From: Magallana gigas
Taxonomy: Eukaryota
Assembly: GCF_963853765.1 (NCBI RefSeq)
Contig: NC_088858.1
Span: 6,076,001 to 6,140,000 of the forward strand
Reading direction: 5' to 3'
Length of the DNA: 64,000 bases
Shown here: one piece after another, positions 24,174 to 36,837 of the stretch
Position numbering within the stretch: position 1 is the first letter of the stretch
How the letters are laid out: each line of letters starts with the position of its first letter
Position numbers and translations under genes: made by a program
Notes under the pieces: model-generated
Seen by the model: only the letters and a program-made list of their open reading frames with translations
Database searches by the model: none
What the model was told of the DNA's origin: nothing

Positions 24174-24656
24174 TATAGTCTGTCCCAAGATGTTTATGCT
24201 ACACATTTGGACGATTTTTTAATAAAAATACACATACCTGTGAAAGAAGAACAGTTGAAATCAATGAAAGAGAAAATTTCCAAGAAAACTTCATTCACAC
24301 ATTATCATTTTTCCTTCGGAAAAATTTACAGGAACGAAAACAGATTTCCCACGGAGATTCATAATGGGTTATGTTGACATTTTTCTCCATTCGGAAGTCA
24401 CTCGGAATACCTCGCACAATTTTTTAACGTTATCATCCGGGCCTTATATAGCTGATGCAATGCAAAATCCCCATAGACTTTTTAATTTTAGCCATATATA
24501 TTGAAACCTAACAAGCTAGAGGGAGCGTTTCAAAAGGGAAATCATGGGATTTTTTTTCATACTATTGAATGAACATCGTCTGAATCAAAAGGTATTTATA
24601 AATATCGAATAATTTCAGAAAATATGCGGCAAAAATATCTTGGGACAGACTTTAGC
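24174..24656. mobile_element. MITE with gtctgtcccaaga ends
   Basis: ctatagtctgtcccaagatgttt / aaatatcttgggacagactttag. A 75-nt internal segment recurs inverted at about 44290-44366. Confidence 0.55.
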
Positions 24657-24890
24657 TGCTGAAAAAATGCGAAAGACCGATGCACACAAAGTCAGAGAGA
24701 CACACAAGGGTAAACATTATACTGTATACTGTCCTTCGGAGTGGGGGTACAATGAATTATCTTCCCATGGCCCATGCAAAAGTCTGCTTTTCTTGGGTCT
24801 AAATCTTTTTTATCACAACATACAGCATTGGGCGTTGTTAAATAAAGTTTAATAAATAAAGTTTGGTAATGTTAAGGCAGCAGTTCTGAA

Positions 24891-25025
24891 GCACGGGGGC
24901 ATCTTATCCGCTCTGCTCTCTATGACATATACAATTATAAATAATAGTGTAGCGACTTAGGTCAAAATTTCAGCAAGATAATAATACATGTCATAGAGAG
25001 CAGAACGGATAAGATGCCCCAGTGC
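24891..25025. mobile_element. Short palindromic MITE upstream of CIB
   Basis: gcacgggggcatcttatccgctctgctctctatgacat / atgtcatagagagcagaacggataagatgccccagtgc. Confidence 0.8.
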
Positions 25026-25280
25026 CTGAAGATTGATTTCCCTGATCTATGAGTTGGTAGCAGCCTCAATAATCATCCACAATTTGTTATGGCAAAAATA
25101 TGTCACAAAAACTATTCACAACACATGCATATTTTATTGTCTGCTTTGACAATACGATATTATCACAATTTATGTCGGGCTCGATAATAAATAAATAAAT
25201 AACGAAAGTAGCAGAAGAGATGTTTACTCTTGATAAAGGGTCTAGAGTCCAATAAACATCACAATTGCAAGGTGTCCAAC

Positions 25281-27459
25281 ATGGGAAACAAAGTTGGAGT
25301 GTTTACTGATGAACAGATAGAAGCTTTCCAGGTAAGGGCAAAATCTGAATAAACAAAAAAAATCTTGAATAACACTCCATAACGTTAGACTATACTGATA
25401 CATCAACACAAAATGAAAAAGGAAAATCCAGTAATACTATACCCGAACAGTGGAATTTATTATAGGTCTGTATTTGAAAAAGGGTGCAATAATATAAACA
25501 TTCGTTTATCAAAACGCATTTTCTTTATCAAAGGGGGTGGGATGGGGGTGTTACAGTTTTAAGTATATTGTATAAATTTTACTTCACAGGACTGTACGTT
25601 CTTCACAAAGAAAGAAATACTAAGGTATTTATAAAGGAATTGAGCTCATGTTCAACAGTTCCTATTATATCATATGATGTGAATTCATGTTACATATTTG
25701 TTATTAAACTCACGAACTAATGAGAAGTGGATGTCCAATCTGTTTCCATAGAATATTCAGACGGTTCAGAGAACTTGCTCCAAACGCTATCCCCAAAGTG
25801 ATGTCCAGTGTGGATACCAACAGGATTCGGTTACCATACCAGCAGGTCAAGGCAATGACGGAACTCAAAGTATGAGATCTTCGGTATTAAAGACTCGGTA
25901 CCTTAGCTTCAGGTCTGGACGATCTGGTCGTCCATCCGATTTTATTTTTCAGATCGGGAGCTACAGACCTGCAGCTAACTGTAACGTGTTACCTATGATC
26001 ACCCTTTTTTGTTTTTGCTCCATGTACACATGTAATCATGTGGTTATTTTTATGAGAATTAATACAATATGGAAGGCGACTGTCTAATGTTGTCATCCTA
26101 TAACCATATGTACAATGTACATATAATTTTTGAATAAGAATTTGGAGGTAGTTCTATTAACAAATAATGTTGGTTTTTAAATTCATTTTCACTATCTTAG
26201 TTATAAGAGATTCTTTTCAATCAAAAACGCTTATCAATATAACAGGTTGGAATACTACACTCAAAACAATAACAAAATGCTTTAGTTTAAAAGAGACTTT
26301 TTTCTACGAGTTTTTTTTTAAGTTACCAATCAATTCTATGTACGTTGAAGTCTTTTTATAAATTAAGAAAGCTTTGTGATATTTTTTTATTTTCTAATAC
26401 TTCCTTTGATCAGGAGAACCCGTTCTGTGAGCGTATCTGCCAAGTTTTCTCGGAGGACGGCACTGGCGCCCTGTCTTTTGAGGATTTCCTGGACTTGTTC
26501 TCCGTGCTAAGCGAGATAGCACCAAGAGAACTGAAGACAGTTTACGCCTTTAAAATATATGGCAAGTAAATTTTGTATTTTTAAAATAAAATTGTTTCTT
26601 ATATTTTTCTGCTGATATTTTCTGCAAAAATTGATTTTGACTATAGTTATAGGAATGAGAAATTAAGTAAGACCGAATTTTAACCATTTTTACTTTCAAA
26701 GACATTTAATCCACTTCATCTCTCTGAAACCCTTTTAGGTTGCGAACATGTATTATTTTTTAAAACAGATTTCATTGGTCCTTAGGTTGACTAGTTTTTG
26801 TCGTCAAATTAATATCCAGTTAAGGGCTTAATTACAACATGTGTTTTAAAAACTTTTTGTTATTGATTTATCCCTTGGATAGATTTTGACGGGGATAACT
26901 ATTTGGGGAAGGAAGACCTGCGCTCCACCCTGCGCTGTCTGACAAGGAACGAGCTATCGGAGGAGGAAGTGGAGTTCGTCGTTGAAAAAGTAACTGTCAC
27001 TATGTTACTGGTTTGTCTACATATTGAACACAGGGCTTTTTTCGCCCCTTGTTATTTTCGCCTTTTTTCACCAGTATAAACGGTTTCGCCCTGTCTTAAA
27101 TTCGCCCAGACTAAGATGTGCTTAAAGAGGGATAATTTGAGACATTGGAATTCGCTCAGTTTTTAATTCTCCCGCTGATAACGAGGGCGAAAGGGGCGAA
27201 ATAAAACGGTGGCGAATATTTTTCTGCATACAGTCAATGTTTTAATACCAACCATTGCTTTTTCACTGTTAGGTGTTAGAAGAAACGGACCTTGATGATG
27301 ACGGAAAGCTCTCCTACATCGAATTCGAACACGTCATCTCCAGGTCCCCGGATTTCATGACGTAAGCATAACCTATAAATAACGTTACATGTATTTATTC
27401 CTCCTACAAGACAGTAATACTGTGTTTTTTCCCATAGTACCTTTCATGTGCGGATATGA
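25281..27459 (+). CDS. CIB: Calcium- and integrin-binding family EF-hand protein (CIB2/3-like), 189 aa, 7 exons
   Basis: Exons 25281-25331, 25590-25624, 25752-25869, 26414-26561, 26883-26989, 27273-27361, 27438-27459 sum to 570 nt. MGNK myristoylation start, [18 protein letters not shown] loops [12 protein letters not shown] and [13 protein letters not shown]-terminal TFHVRI. Intron 4 needs a GC donor. Confidence 0.95.
25904..25977. mobile_element. Internally deleted 74-bp copy of the MITE at 32405-32967
   Basis: tagcttcaggtctg ... gggagctacagacctgcagcta matches that element's TIR. Confidence 0.7.
27026..27234. mobile_element. MITE rich in gggcgaa/ttcgccc subrepeats in CIB intron 5
   Basis: acagggcttttttcgcccc ... 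ggcgaatatttttctgcatacagt, with repeated inverted GGCGAA motifs. Confidence 0.7.
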
Positions 27460-29393
27460 AAACACATTTAACCACCACCAATCATCGTGTTCATTGTTGA
27501 CAACGTACTCATGTCTGGCAATATTTATGGAAAAGGATTGAATAAGAAGCAGGGAGTCAACGAAGAAAAAGAACAGTTGATTGTAATTCTGATGGTGGTA
27601 TCTGTATTACACAATACTGTGTAAGGAATTGATCTATGATCAAACTGTCTGGCCCAGTAACTTACTTCTACTCTTTCTCTTACTGACACAGTTCGTGTAA
27701 TCTACATGCACATACCTTACTTATCACCCTTTTTGAGGAAATATTAAGAAAATCTCACTATATATTTTAATATACTTGTATATCAATGTTTCGTTGTGGA
27801 ATCTATTGAATGTGAAATTTGTCGTGTGTGAAATCAGAATTCGTTTGTGTTTTATTCATGTTTAACCTAATTATTAAAATCGTGGCTTGTATAATGATGT
27901 TATACAAGAGTCATTGAGGTTCAATGCCATGGTTACATTTGACTTTTGTTGAATGATCAGTTTTGGTGTCAACTCGACTGTATTCTTAAGTAATGCCTGT
28001 AAATTAGATAAGGAACTATTTGTCACACTGTACACATCAGTTTTACACGATTTTATCAATGTGGTCATCCTGATATAACAATCTATGATTATTACAAAAC
28101 ATCTTACCTGATAATAAAGTCTAATATGAATACAGTAACTGTTTTCTGGTCTTAAGGCTTTTATTACGATGTTGCATTGGCTTTAACAATATATCTACCA
28201 TAACATATCTTTCTTTTCATATAATATATAGATTTATTGTAATATTATAATGTATATACCAATATAAAAAATTCATACAAAGTACTAATTGAACAAATTT
28301 TTCACATAAAAATGAAATGTACAGCTCATTGCTTTGATTGGTTCTCACAAGACATTCTAGAGACCACACACGTGCCAGACATAAGTCCTGTTCTTCTTAT
28401 CTTTTGTACTTGATCATACTTCTGTATTAATGACTACATGTTATCAAGTGCTCTCTCTGGAGTACTGTTTTGTCTATTCACATATTTTGTCTATATACAT
28501 GCATATATATTCATCTGTATTTCAATAAGTTGTCTTGAAAAGAGAAACAAGAGGCAATTAAGGCCATCGGAAACCCAGGGCTACTCTTGCTTACAGATTT
28601 TTGTAAGCGAATGATAAATTGGCTATGTATAAAGTCATTTTCGTAAATGTCTCGCAGGGATGTATACCAAACAAATTTTAATAGAAGTACAAAATTACCA
28701 CAAAATGAAGCCTGCTTTGGACTTTGAAAATTGGCGACCTAGATTTAAGACAGTTTAAAACATGCAGCCATTTACTGGTTCATGTGGTTGTCTTTCCATG
28801 TTTCTTTTGTGCGTCATATTTTTCTGATTAATTTTATTGTACGTTAAACATTTCTCATTAATAAAAATTGCAAGCAATCAACGAAAAAACATTACTATTT
28901 AGTAAGAGTACTTGTGTGTTCTTTGGTTGGTTTGGATGTTATATTGTATAAGAAACATTCTGAACTGAGACCTCGCTTCCACATATTCACTGATCCACCC
29001 ATCTTCTCTCTACTGAAGTGGTTAGTCAACCTTGGCAAACAACTTCTTGTATGTCGATTAAGTGAGTCTTGACATCTGCATTCAAAAATTTTTAAAATTA
29101 AAATAACAATGAAAAAATAAGACCATCGTTGACAAACTTTCAGAAATAGAATGAAATACAGGTACGTACAGTACTGCAAACTGATTGACCCCGTTGTTAC
29201 TAAAATATATATTTTGGTAGATTACAATTGAACTTATCAATAAATTTGAACTATATGTTAAAACTAAAGAAGCAGAAAAACATTTCAACTCTCACAAAGA
29301 GATGCTATATTCGACAATAATATTCAGATTGCATAACATAAAACACACGAATCACAATTTGAGTTTAAATGTACTGAGAAGTGCGCAACTGTG

Positions 29394-29488
29394 TGACCTA
29401 TGACCTCCTTGGTTAAATACTATCGCTTAGATGTAAAAACAGCAGATAGCAGCTGGCGGTGATATATTATTCCTCATTATAAAGAACA
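29394..29488 (+). promoter_or_regulatory. Putative core promoter and non-coding first exon of msp130-like copy A
   Basis: TGACCT-A-TGACCT (29394-29406), 6 nt, TTAAATAC (29413-29420), donor GTAAGT at 29489; acceptor ag|aatcgacgATG at 30445. Confidence 0.6.
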
Positions 29489-30453
29489 GTAAGTACGCAA
29501 CAAGTCAATATTGATATATTATAAAGATTTTTCATCTGTGGACGGTAAGAAATAATTTTTTGAAATTTTCAATTCGATCATTTTATTTCCCACACTTTAA
29601 GAGGGAAATTTGATAAAAACGGATTTTTTTTAAAATTGTCATTATCTATATTTCCCCAATTTCATGAACTAGCTATGTAAGAATGTGTTATTTGTAAGGG
29701 TTTTTTGGCTCTGAAACAAAGTAGTCATTAGTTGTCTTTAATTCAGAACAAATCTATTTCTAATCCTAGGATCAAAACTTTCGTTTCATTTTTGGTCTTG
29801 CAATATGACGCCAACATTATGATAAATTTCTATGCTTAATTTCAAAACTCACGGTAAACAAACTGTCACATATGTATACCTTTGCGCACTTTATTGACTA
29901 GTGAACAACATGTTTCGACTAGAAGTAGTAGAAAGTATTTGAAGCACCGACATAAAATAAAAAAAACCCAACAAAAACAAGTACAAATAAGTTAGAAAAT
30001 AGGATGGGTAAGATAAAAGTTTTCTTTATTCAATTGGCTAAGGCTTTTAAAATGAATTGGTTTTGCTTTATGATTGGTCTTAATAACAACTAACCCTTTT
30101 AAACAACTTTGGCGCCAATTCACTTTTCAGTCTTTTTTATTTTCGCCGGAGGTGCTTTGTTTTTAAAAATGAGCATTTCTAAATATAGAAAATACTGAAC
30201 TGTGATATAATTGATTATAAGCGTGGGGGTTAAGATGGGTTTTATATACCGATTTGACGATGAATGAGTTTGAATATTTTGCTATATCATTTTAAAATAG
30301 GCTTATTTTTGTGAAAAAAAAATCTTATGCACGATAGAAAAGTTAATTAATTTGAATGGTACATCAATCCAAATTTTCAAAAACAACATGATAACATTAC
30401 AACTTCATGTATCAAGTTCCTATTGGATTCCTTTTTCATTGATAGAATCGACG

Positions 30454-33400
30454 ATGAAGCTAGCCATTGTCCTCCTTTCGATCCTCTTCACGTGTTGCAA
30501 TGCCCGACTACAGCTCTCCAGACAGTCGTACATGAAATTCCCCTACCAGTATACCAACGGGGACCCGACCAGCCCGCGATACGGTCTATTCCAGAATGCC
30601 GCCCACAAAGCAGCCTTCCACACCGTAGATAAAATTCTTTACGTCGCTTGTAAGTTGTTTTCATTTGCAAATTGCGATTTTTATATGATGAATTTAATAT
30701 TGCAATGGACATGTATTTATTCTAAATACATGTATAGCTGCGCGATCAGCACAGAAATACCTCCACATCATTGACATGAACAACCCCGCCGCCCCCACCA
30801 TCTTGATGACACACGTGTTCGAAAACACGGTTGATGGACATATTACAGCGTTGGACGCATGCTCAGACACCATCGCCGTGGCTCTCTCCGCCGCGGACCC
30901 CGTTGGGGAGGGTCACATCGAACTCTACACCCCGTACAACAGAGCGGATCGAGTATTTACCCGTACGCACAGAATCACAGGTAAAAATCAAACTCAATCG
31001 CCAAGTATATTAGGGCTGCGTTCAAGATCGTAGAAGTTAGCCATAGATATCCGGGGCTACGTTCAAGATCGTAGCAGCTAGCCTTGCCGCTAGGTCGTAG
31101 ATATCTAGGTCTATTAAACGGACCGCTAGGTCTCAGATTTGAAGTTGGACATATTGAACTAAAGGCTTATTACAACGACAAAATTTGTTAATTTCAAGCG
31201 GAAATATACATGTTAAATTTCATTATAACTTAAAGGATGAACAAAATATCACTTAATATATAGATTTCATGTTTGTTATAAAGTGGTAAATAAGGTGTCC
31301 ATCTTGAATTTGATGCTTAGCATGAAATATTTAGGCTACGAATATCTATGTAGCGGCTAGGCTAGCTTACCGTTCAACTACGAAGCCCTACGTAGCGGCG
31401 ACGATCTTGAACGCAGCCCAGTTGTTTTTTAAAATGGTTTTTATTTATTTTGTACAATAAAATAGATTAACCAAACCAAAAACTTCACAGAACAAAAGTG
31501 ATCTAAAATGAAGAACGGTGTATTCTTGGTGTTATATAAAAAAGCATAACTTTTAAAAACTTTTGCTAAATATATTAACTAGAGCAATTGTATCCCTACC
31601 CCTTCAAATGTGTTATTTATGTAGAGCTTTACTATCATATTGGGTTTTTTTTTCACCCACAGTTGGTGTGAATCCAAAGGACGTAGCTCACACCTCAGAC
31701 TGCACTAGACTAGTCGTCGCTAACTCCGGGGCTGCTACTCTGAACCCCTCATCTAACACTTTTACTGACCCTGAAGGATCGGTGACCATTATCATCAGAA
31801 ACGACCAGGGATTTCCCATCGAAATCAACATGGATTTTACTCAGCTGAATGACAGGTAAGTTATGCGTATTCAACCGTCTTACAAAACTTTATTCCCAAG
31901 GCATTCTAGTGAATAATAAATCCTTGGACAGGATATTGGAACATAAGATTAAGCACACTAAACTTCCTCTCCTATAATGATACGTAACAGGACATGTAAA
32001 ACAATACATTTTCCTGATGTTACATACATGTACATGTATATAGAGTTGATTCAATGTTCTATATATACACTGTATACTAAACTACTGGCAATATACCTTA
32101 CATCTTTAGTATTCCTTTCAAATATACGTGAACACAAACATTGTCAGGCACTATAACCGCTTTACTTTTTTTTTTACAATTTAAAAAAACTAATTAGTGA
32201 TGTTTTATTTACGAGACACCACCTATTATTTGATATTTAACGAACTATGAAGAACCTTAGAAAAATGGTTCGCAAAATCGAGAAATATTCTCGTGATTAT
32301 TCCTTTTCTTGTCCCTTTTAAGGTTCACAGAAATGCGCGACAATCAATCGTCAACTATGCTTCTGATATAGAAAAAAACTATAATTTTCTTGCATCTCAT
32401 TTTTTAGCTGCAGGTCTGTAGCTCCCGGTCTGAAAATATTCGGATGGACGACCTGGGAGCTACTGTGCCTCCCATAATAAAAATCTGCAATTTACGGGGC
32501 ACAAAAAAGTGCGCTAGCTTTGGACTGATTAACCTTATTTCCAAACACATTCTGTACAAATATTTGATTCCAAAAAATTCCTCGGACATTTTACTACAGA
32601 TATCGTCACTTCACTTGCCTCTGATATTCTTTTAAACACCATCACCAGTCCCGTAAAGTGAAGTGGAGCAGTTTGTTTACACGTGAAAATGGCGACTCTT
32701 GATCTCGACTTCGTTTTCCGAGGTCGGTTAGCATGTTTAATAGAAAGTCTGAGGCAAGTAAAGTGATGGTATCAGTAGTAAATTTCCTGAAAAAATGAAT
32801 GGTACTAACTGTTTTCACAGAATTTGTGTGCAAATAAGGTTAATCAGTCCAAATATAGCGCAATTTTTTGTGCGCCGTAAATTGCAGGTTTTTACTATTG
32901 GAGGAACTGTAGCTCCCAGGTCGTCAATCCGAATTTTTTCAGACCGGGAGCTACAGACCTGCAGCTACTCAATTTTATGCACCTTTGGAGTAAGTAATGT
33001 TGAAAGCTCTACACACGTCAGCAAAGTAGCTGATTTTTCTGTACAAAACTTTGCTTTACAGAGTTGTTGATTACATAACTAATGGTGTTCGATATGTTTT
33101 CCGTGGAGACCACGGCGCTGGAATTGTCAACACATTCTCACAGGATCTCGAGCCCGAGTCAGTGACCATCAGTAACGATGATAGATTTGCTTTCGTCTCT
33201 TGTCAGGTAAACTGACTGTATCCCTTATTCTTTACTTTCAAATGTTAGTAAATACAGTTAATTCAAGATTGATTTTAATCAACTGTTGAGATACTACTTG
33301 TAGAGAAACAACGCCATTCTGAAGATCGACATGTTTAACCAGAGGATCATAGAGCTCTACTCCCTGGGGGCCAAGAACTGGACAAGCTTCAATATAGACA

Positions 33401-34118
33401 CCAGTGACATGAATGACGGTAACAATAGACCCAGTCATTGTGCATGCTTTTCATTGGCGCCGTTTATTCGTAATAATGGCGCTAATTAAAACGCTGACGT
33501 TATATTTCAGTGAAAGTTTAGATCTGCTTAAATTTCATAAATGTGCATCCACGGCACCGACTTAACATTCTGCCTTTAGTTTTTACCCAGCTTTTTTTCG
33601 AATTATGTGATTATTTTAAAAATTTAAGCCTAGAACATTACGATGTTACAGCTGCCAACCTGCGCTATCACACGGTCTATTCCTTCTACCAGCCTGCACA
33701 GCTCGCCTACAGCGTCATTGACGGCAAAGGTTACGTCGTTTCCGTCGACACCGGTAAAATGACGACATACACGCAGGCGCAACATGGCTATGCGTTCAAC
33801 GACGGCGTGAGAGCTCGGGTTGCCTGGAGTGGTAAATCATTCAACGGATTTTACATAAATTAATTTATTGATTGAATTCATGTTATGGCAGAGAGCCCTT
33901 GCTATGGCGTATATGAAGAGAATTAAATATATTTAAGGATAAACCTTTAAAAAAAGAAATAAAGCTCATAAAAATTGTCTGTGGGATATCTATATTTTTT
34001 TATATTACATATATCCAAATATCCATCAAAAGTGTTAGGGATTACAATGTAACCGAAAAATGAAGGATATAGATCAAGAATTGCACATTTCTTTACTTTA
34101 TCATCGGTAATATAAAGC

Positions 34119-34180
<62 letters not shown>

Positions 34181-36837
34181 CTTCATGTATCAGTGTCTTA
34201 TTATAGATATTAGGTAAAATGAGTTTGATTTATCAGTTTATAACGATCAAAATAAATGATATAATGTAAACACTAATTTGTAGACGGTGAACTAGATACT
34301 ACCACCATGAACCCCACGCTTCTCACTCAAATCCAGGACAACCAGCAGCTAGGTAAGTGACCCCAACCGTATGACATTGAAATTACGTAGGAGGTTACGA
34401 GAATAATGGTTATCACCTTTGACATTAATTCTTCGTAATATCATTTGAAGATATAAATTTCCTTTATAGCTCATCCGAGCTTTTTTTAATCACTGTGCGT
34501 CAATTTAAAGGAGAATGATTGTGATCTTTGAGTTCAATATATGTAATTATACATGTATCATTGGGGTGAGATTTCCGAGCTCTTTTGGTTACTTATATTA
34601 TTTGTGTCAATATATCAACAGTTAGGAATGGGGCGGAGTTCTAACATAAAAGATAAAATAAATTGGGGTTTATTTTACTTCCGAAATGCTTTGATTTTTT
34701 CATCATTTCATAGGAAGAGTATACATGAGCCGAGTAGATGGATTTAACATTTTCAACAAAATCGGTGACGTTTTCCTCTTTGGTGGACGTGGCATTTCTC
34801 TGTGGGATTCCACCACAATGGCCCACGTGTTTGACAGTGGGGATGATTTAGAGAGAAGATCCTCTCAGCTCTATCCAAACACGTTCAATGGAGATTGTTC
34901 AAACGGCAACCAATCTCCAACACAGCAAGTTGACGAGAGGTCCCCTTATATGGTAAGACCTGGCTAACTGCAGTAAACTATACCAATATAACAAAACCTC
35001 TCACTTTTTAAGATTTCAGACTAACTAAGGACATCATTTTGTCACACGTAAAGGGAAATCTGTAACTCTCTTTTTGTCAGTAATCCCTTAACCTTTTATC
35101 AAAGTAGCGACTTCAGAACGTACAAAAATGTTTCTAACACTGCAGGGCCCTGAGCCCGGCGCCCTGGCCTCGGGCGTGGTGGGAACTACTCCTGTCCTCA
35201 TCGTGGGCGCCAGGAATGGAGTAATCTATGTCTTCAATATGAGGGGTGTTAGCGCCAATTTTGAGAGCGCCCACCGCGAAGGGTCCACCAATGACATTTG
35301 GAACAATCTGTATACTAACGATGCCGCTGGAGATCAAATCATCTCTGATATGGGGTATGTGTATGGAACTTTGGACTCTTTTTGCAAAGACAATGTACTG
35401 CAATATTTTGTCCCCCACATTTCTTGCATCACAGTCTGTTGATATTCCTATTATTATAAATCCATGCACCTCTGTGCGTGCAATATAATACTTCTTACTA
35501 TTATGATGAAAAAAATATTACCTTGATTTCTTCCTTGAACTGCCCCATCTGTATTGTCATTTGGAATGTTGTGGTTAATCAAAGTACTGAAGGGGTTGAT
35601 TTTATCGATTATTATTTATTTTAAAATCAACGATATATTATTTGCATGCCAAGTAGTTTCCTATATGTATTTGAATTGCGCACATTTTTTATGATATGAA
35701 TTCTCCCACAGGAATTTCATGAAAACCCAATATGAATCATGTTGTGTAATATTCAAAGAATTATTCAATCAAACTACGTATCAGTAATCGAAATAGTTAT
35801 GAAAAATTGTATGGACCCAAGCAAAATTGAACTCTAGTCTCGTTCAACCAGACTCTCGGCTGTCTCCGTTAATCTCCGACAAGGATTTACGGAGACAACC
35901 GAGCGTCTGGCTGACCGAGACTATATTGAACTCTGGCGTAGGAGTGCATAAAACGTACGACTTCAAAAATATCTAAATTATCCGTACTATATAAAATCTG
36001 ACTTTTTAGAGGGTATCTATAAATAAGTTTCTTCGAAGAACTCATTAAATCGAATTTATCGATTAGAACTATATGTTGTCAGCGGTGTGTTGATTTGTGA
36101 TTAGGTCCAAAAACTGTTTCACTTTCGGTTTGCCCGAGTAACTGCATAGGAGAGTTGATTAAATCAACTCCCAAAAATTAAAGTTTAGACTTGTTTAACC
36201 ATAAAGACTGTCCGAGTTTTACGGTTGCGAACAGTCTCCTACGGTTGGGGAGTTCCATAACCTAGATAATCATGATGAAAATTGTACAATTTTTTTAAAC
36301 GTTTGCTGAACAACGTTTTGTTTTATGTTTGCTATTATAATAAGAATTAAACTGTTACATATATGATACCCCGTCGTCAGAACACACGGGTTTTCTATCC
36401 ATTACACTGTTGAAAGCAGTGTAACGGATAAAACCCGTGGATTCCGACGAAGATGACACCCTAGTGCCTTATTTATAAAAAAGAGTGTTGCGTTGTGCAT
36501 GTACTATGCCCTAATAGTAGTCAGGAGGCGATTGCAGTATGTATCAAACCCTGACTATTATTGTTTTATATAAATATCAGAAAAAATGTCTACCCCGAGT
36601 TTGAAATATGAAATAATTTTGAAAACAACTTTGTGTATGCGAGATAAAGAATCGGGGTCGTTAACTGAATATTGAAGAGGATTAAATTTGACTCACATTT
36701 ATTTAGAATCTTCATTCTGTTTCAGTTTTGTCGGGGCGGGAAACAGTCCATCCGGTACGCCATTCGTCTACGTCATCGGACAAGCCACGGGATCTCTCTC
36801 CGTTTATAATGTTGTTGATGTACCTGACATATTCTAA
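30454..36837 (+). CDS. msp130: msp130 / choice-of-anchor-I-like secreted protein, copy A, 566 aa, 10 coding exons
   Basis: Exons 30454-30649, 30738-30980, 31663-31855, 33062-33206, 33304-33418, 33652-33831, 34284-34352, 34714-34952, 35146-35354, 36726-36837 sum to 1701 nt. Signal peptide MKLAIVLLSILFTCCNA; motifs DPEGSVTII, QDLEPES, YQP, FGGRGISLWD, DSGDDLE, GPEP. Family assignment is from recalled motifs. Confidence 0.85.
31013..31419. mobile_element. MITE with duplicated left end in copy A intron 2
   Basis: gggctgcgttcaagatcgt / acgatcttgaacgcagccc; a second left end at about 31053; no clear TSD. Confidence 0.75.
32405..32967. mobile_element. MITE with TIRs of about 150 bp in copy A intron 3
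   Basis: tagctgcaggtctgtagctcccggtctgaaaa ... ttttcagaccgggagctacagacctgcagcta; flanks tctcatttttt / actcaatttta resemble a decayed TSD. Confidence 0.85.
34122..34178. repeat. (AG)n microsatellite
   Basis: About 28 uninterrupted AG units. Confidence 0.95.
35835..35924. mobile_element. 90-bp foldback mini-element with 9-bp TSD
   Basis: tagtctcg...cgagacta hairpin; ATTGAACTC at 35826-35834 and 35925-35933. Confidence 0.8.
36373..36451. repeat. Palindromic hairpin
   Basis: cacgggtttt-tatcc-ttacactg / cagtgtaacggataaaacccgtg around a ttgaaag loop. Confidence 0.7.

Noticed and set aside
32404-33070. Two similar ORFs ([22 protein letters not shown]) on opposite strands
   Set aside because: They are the two TIRs of one MITE.
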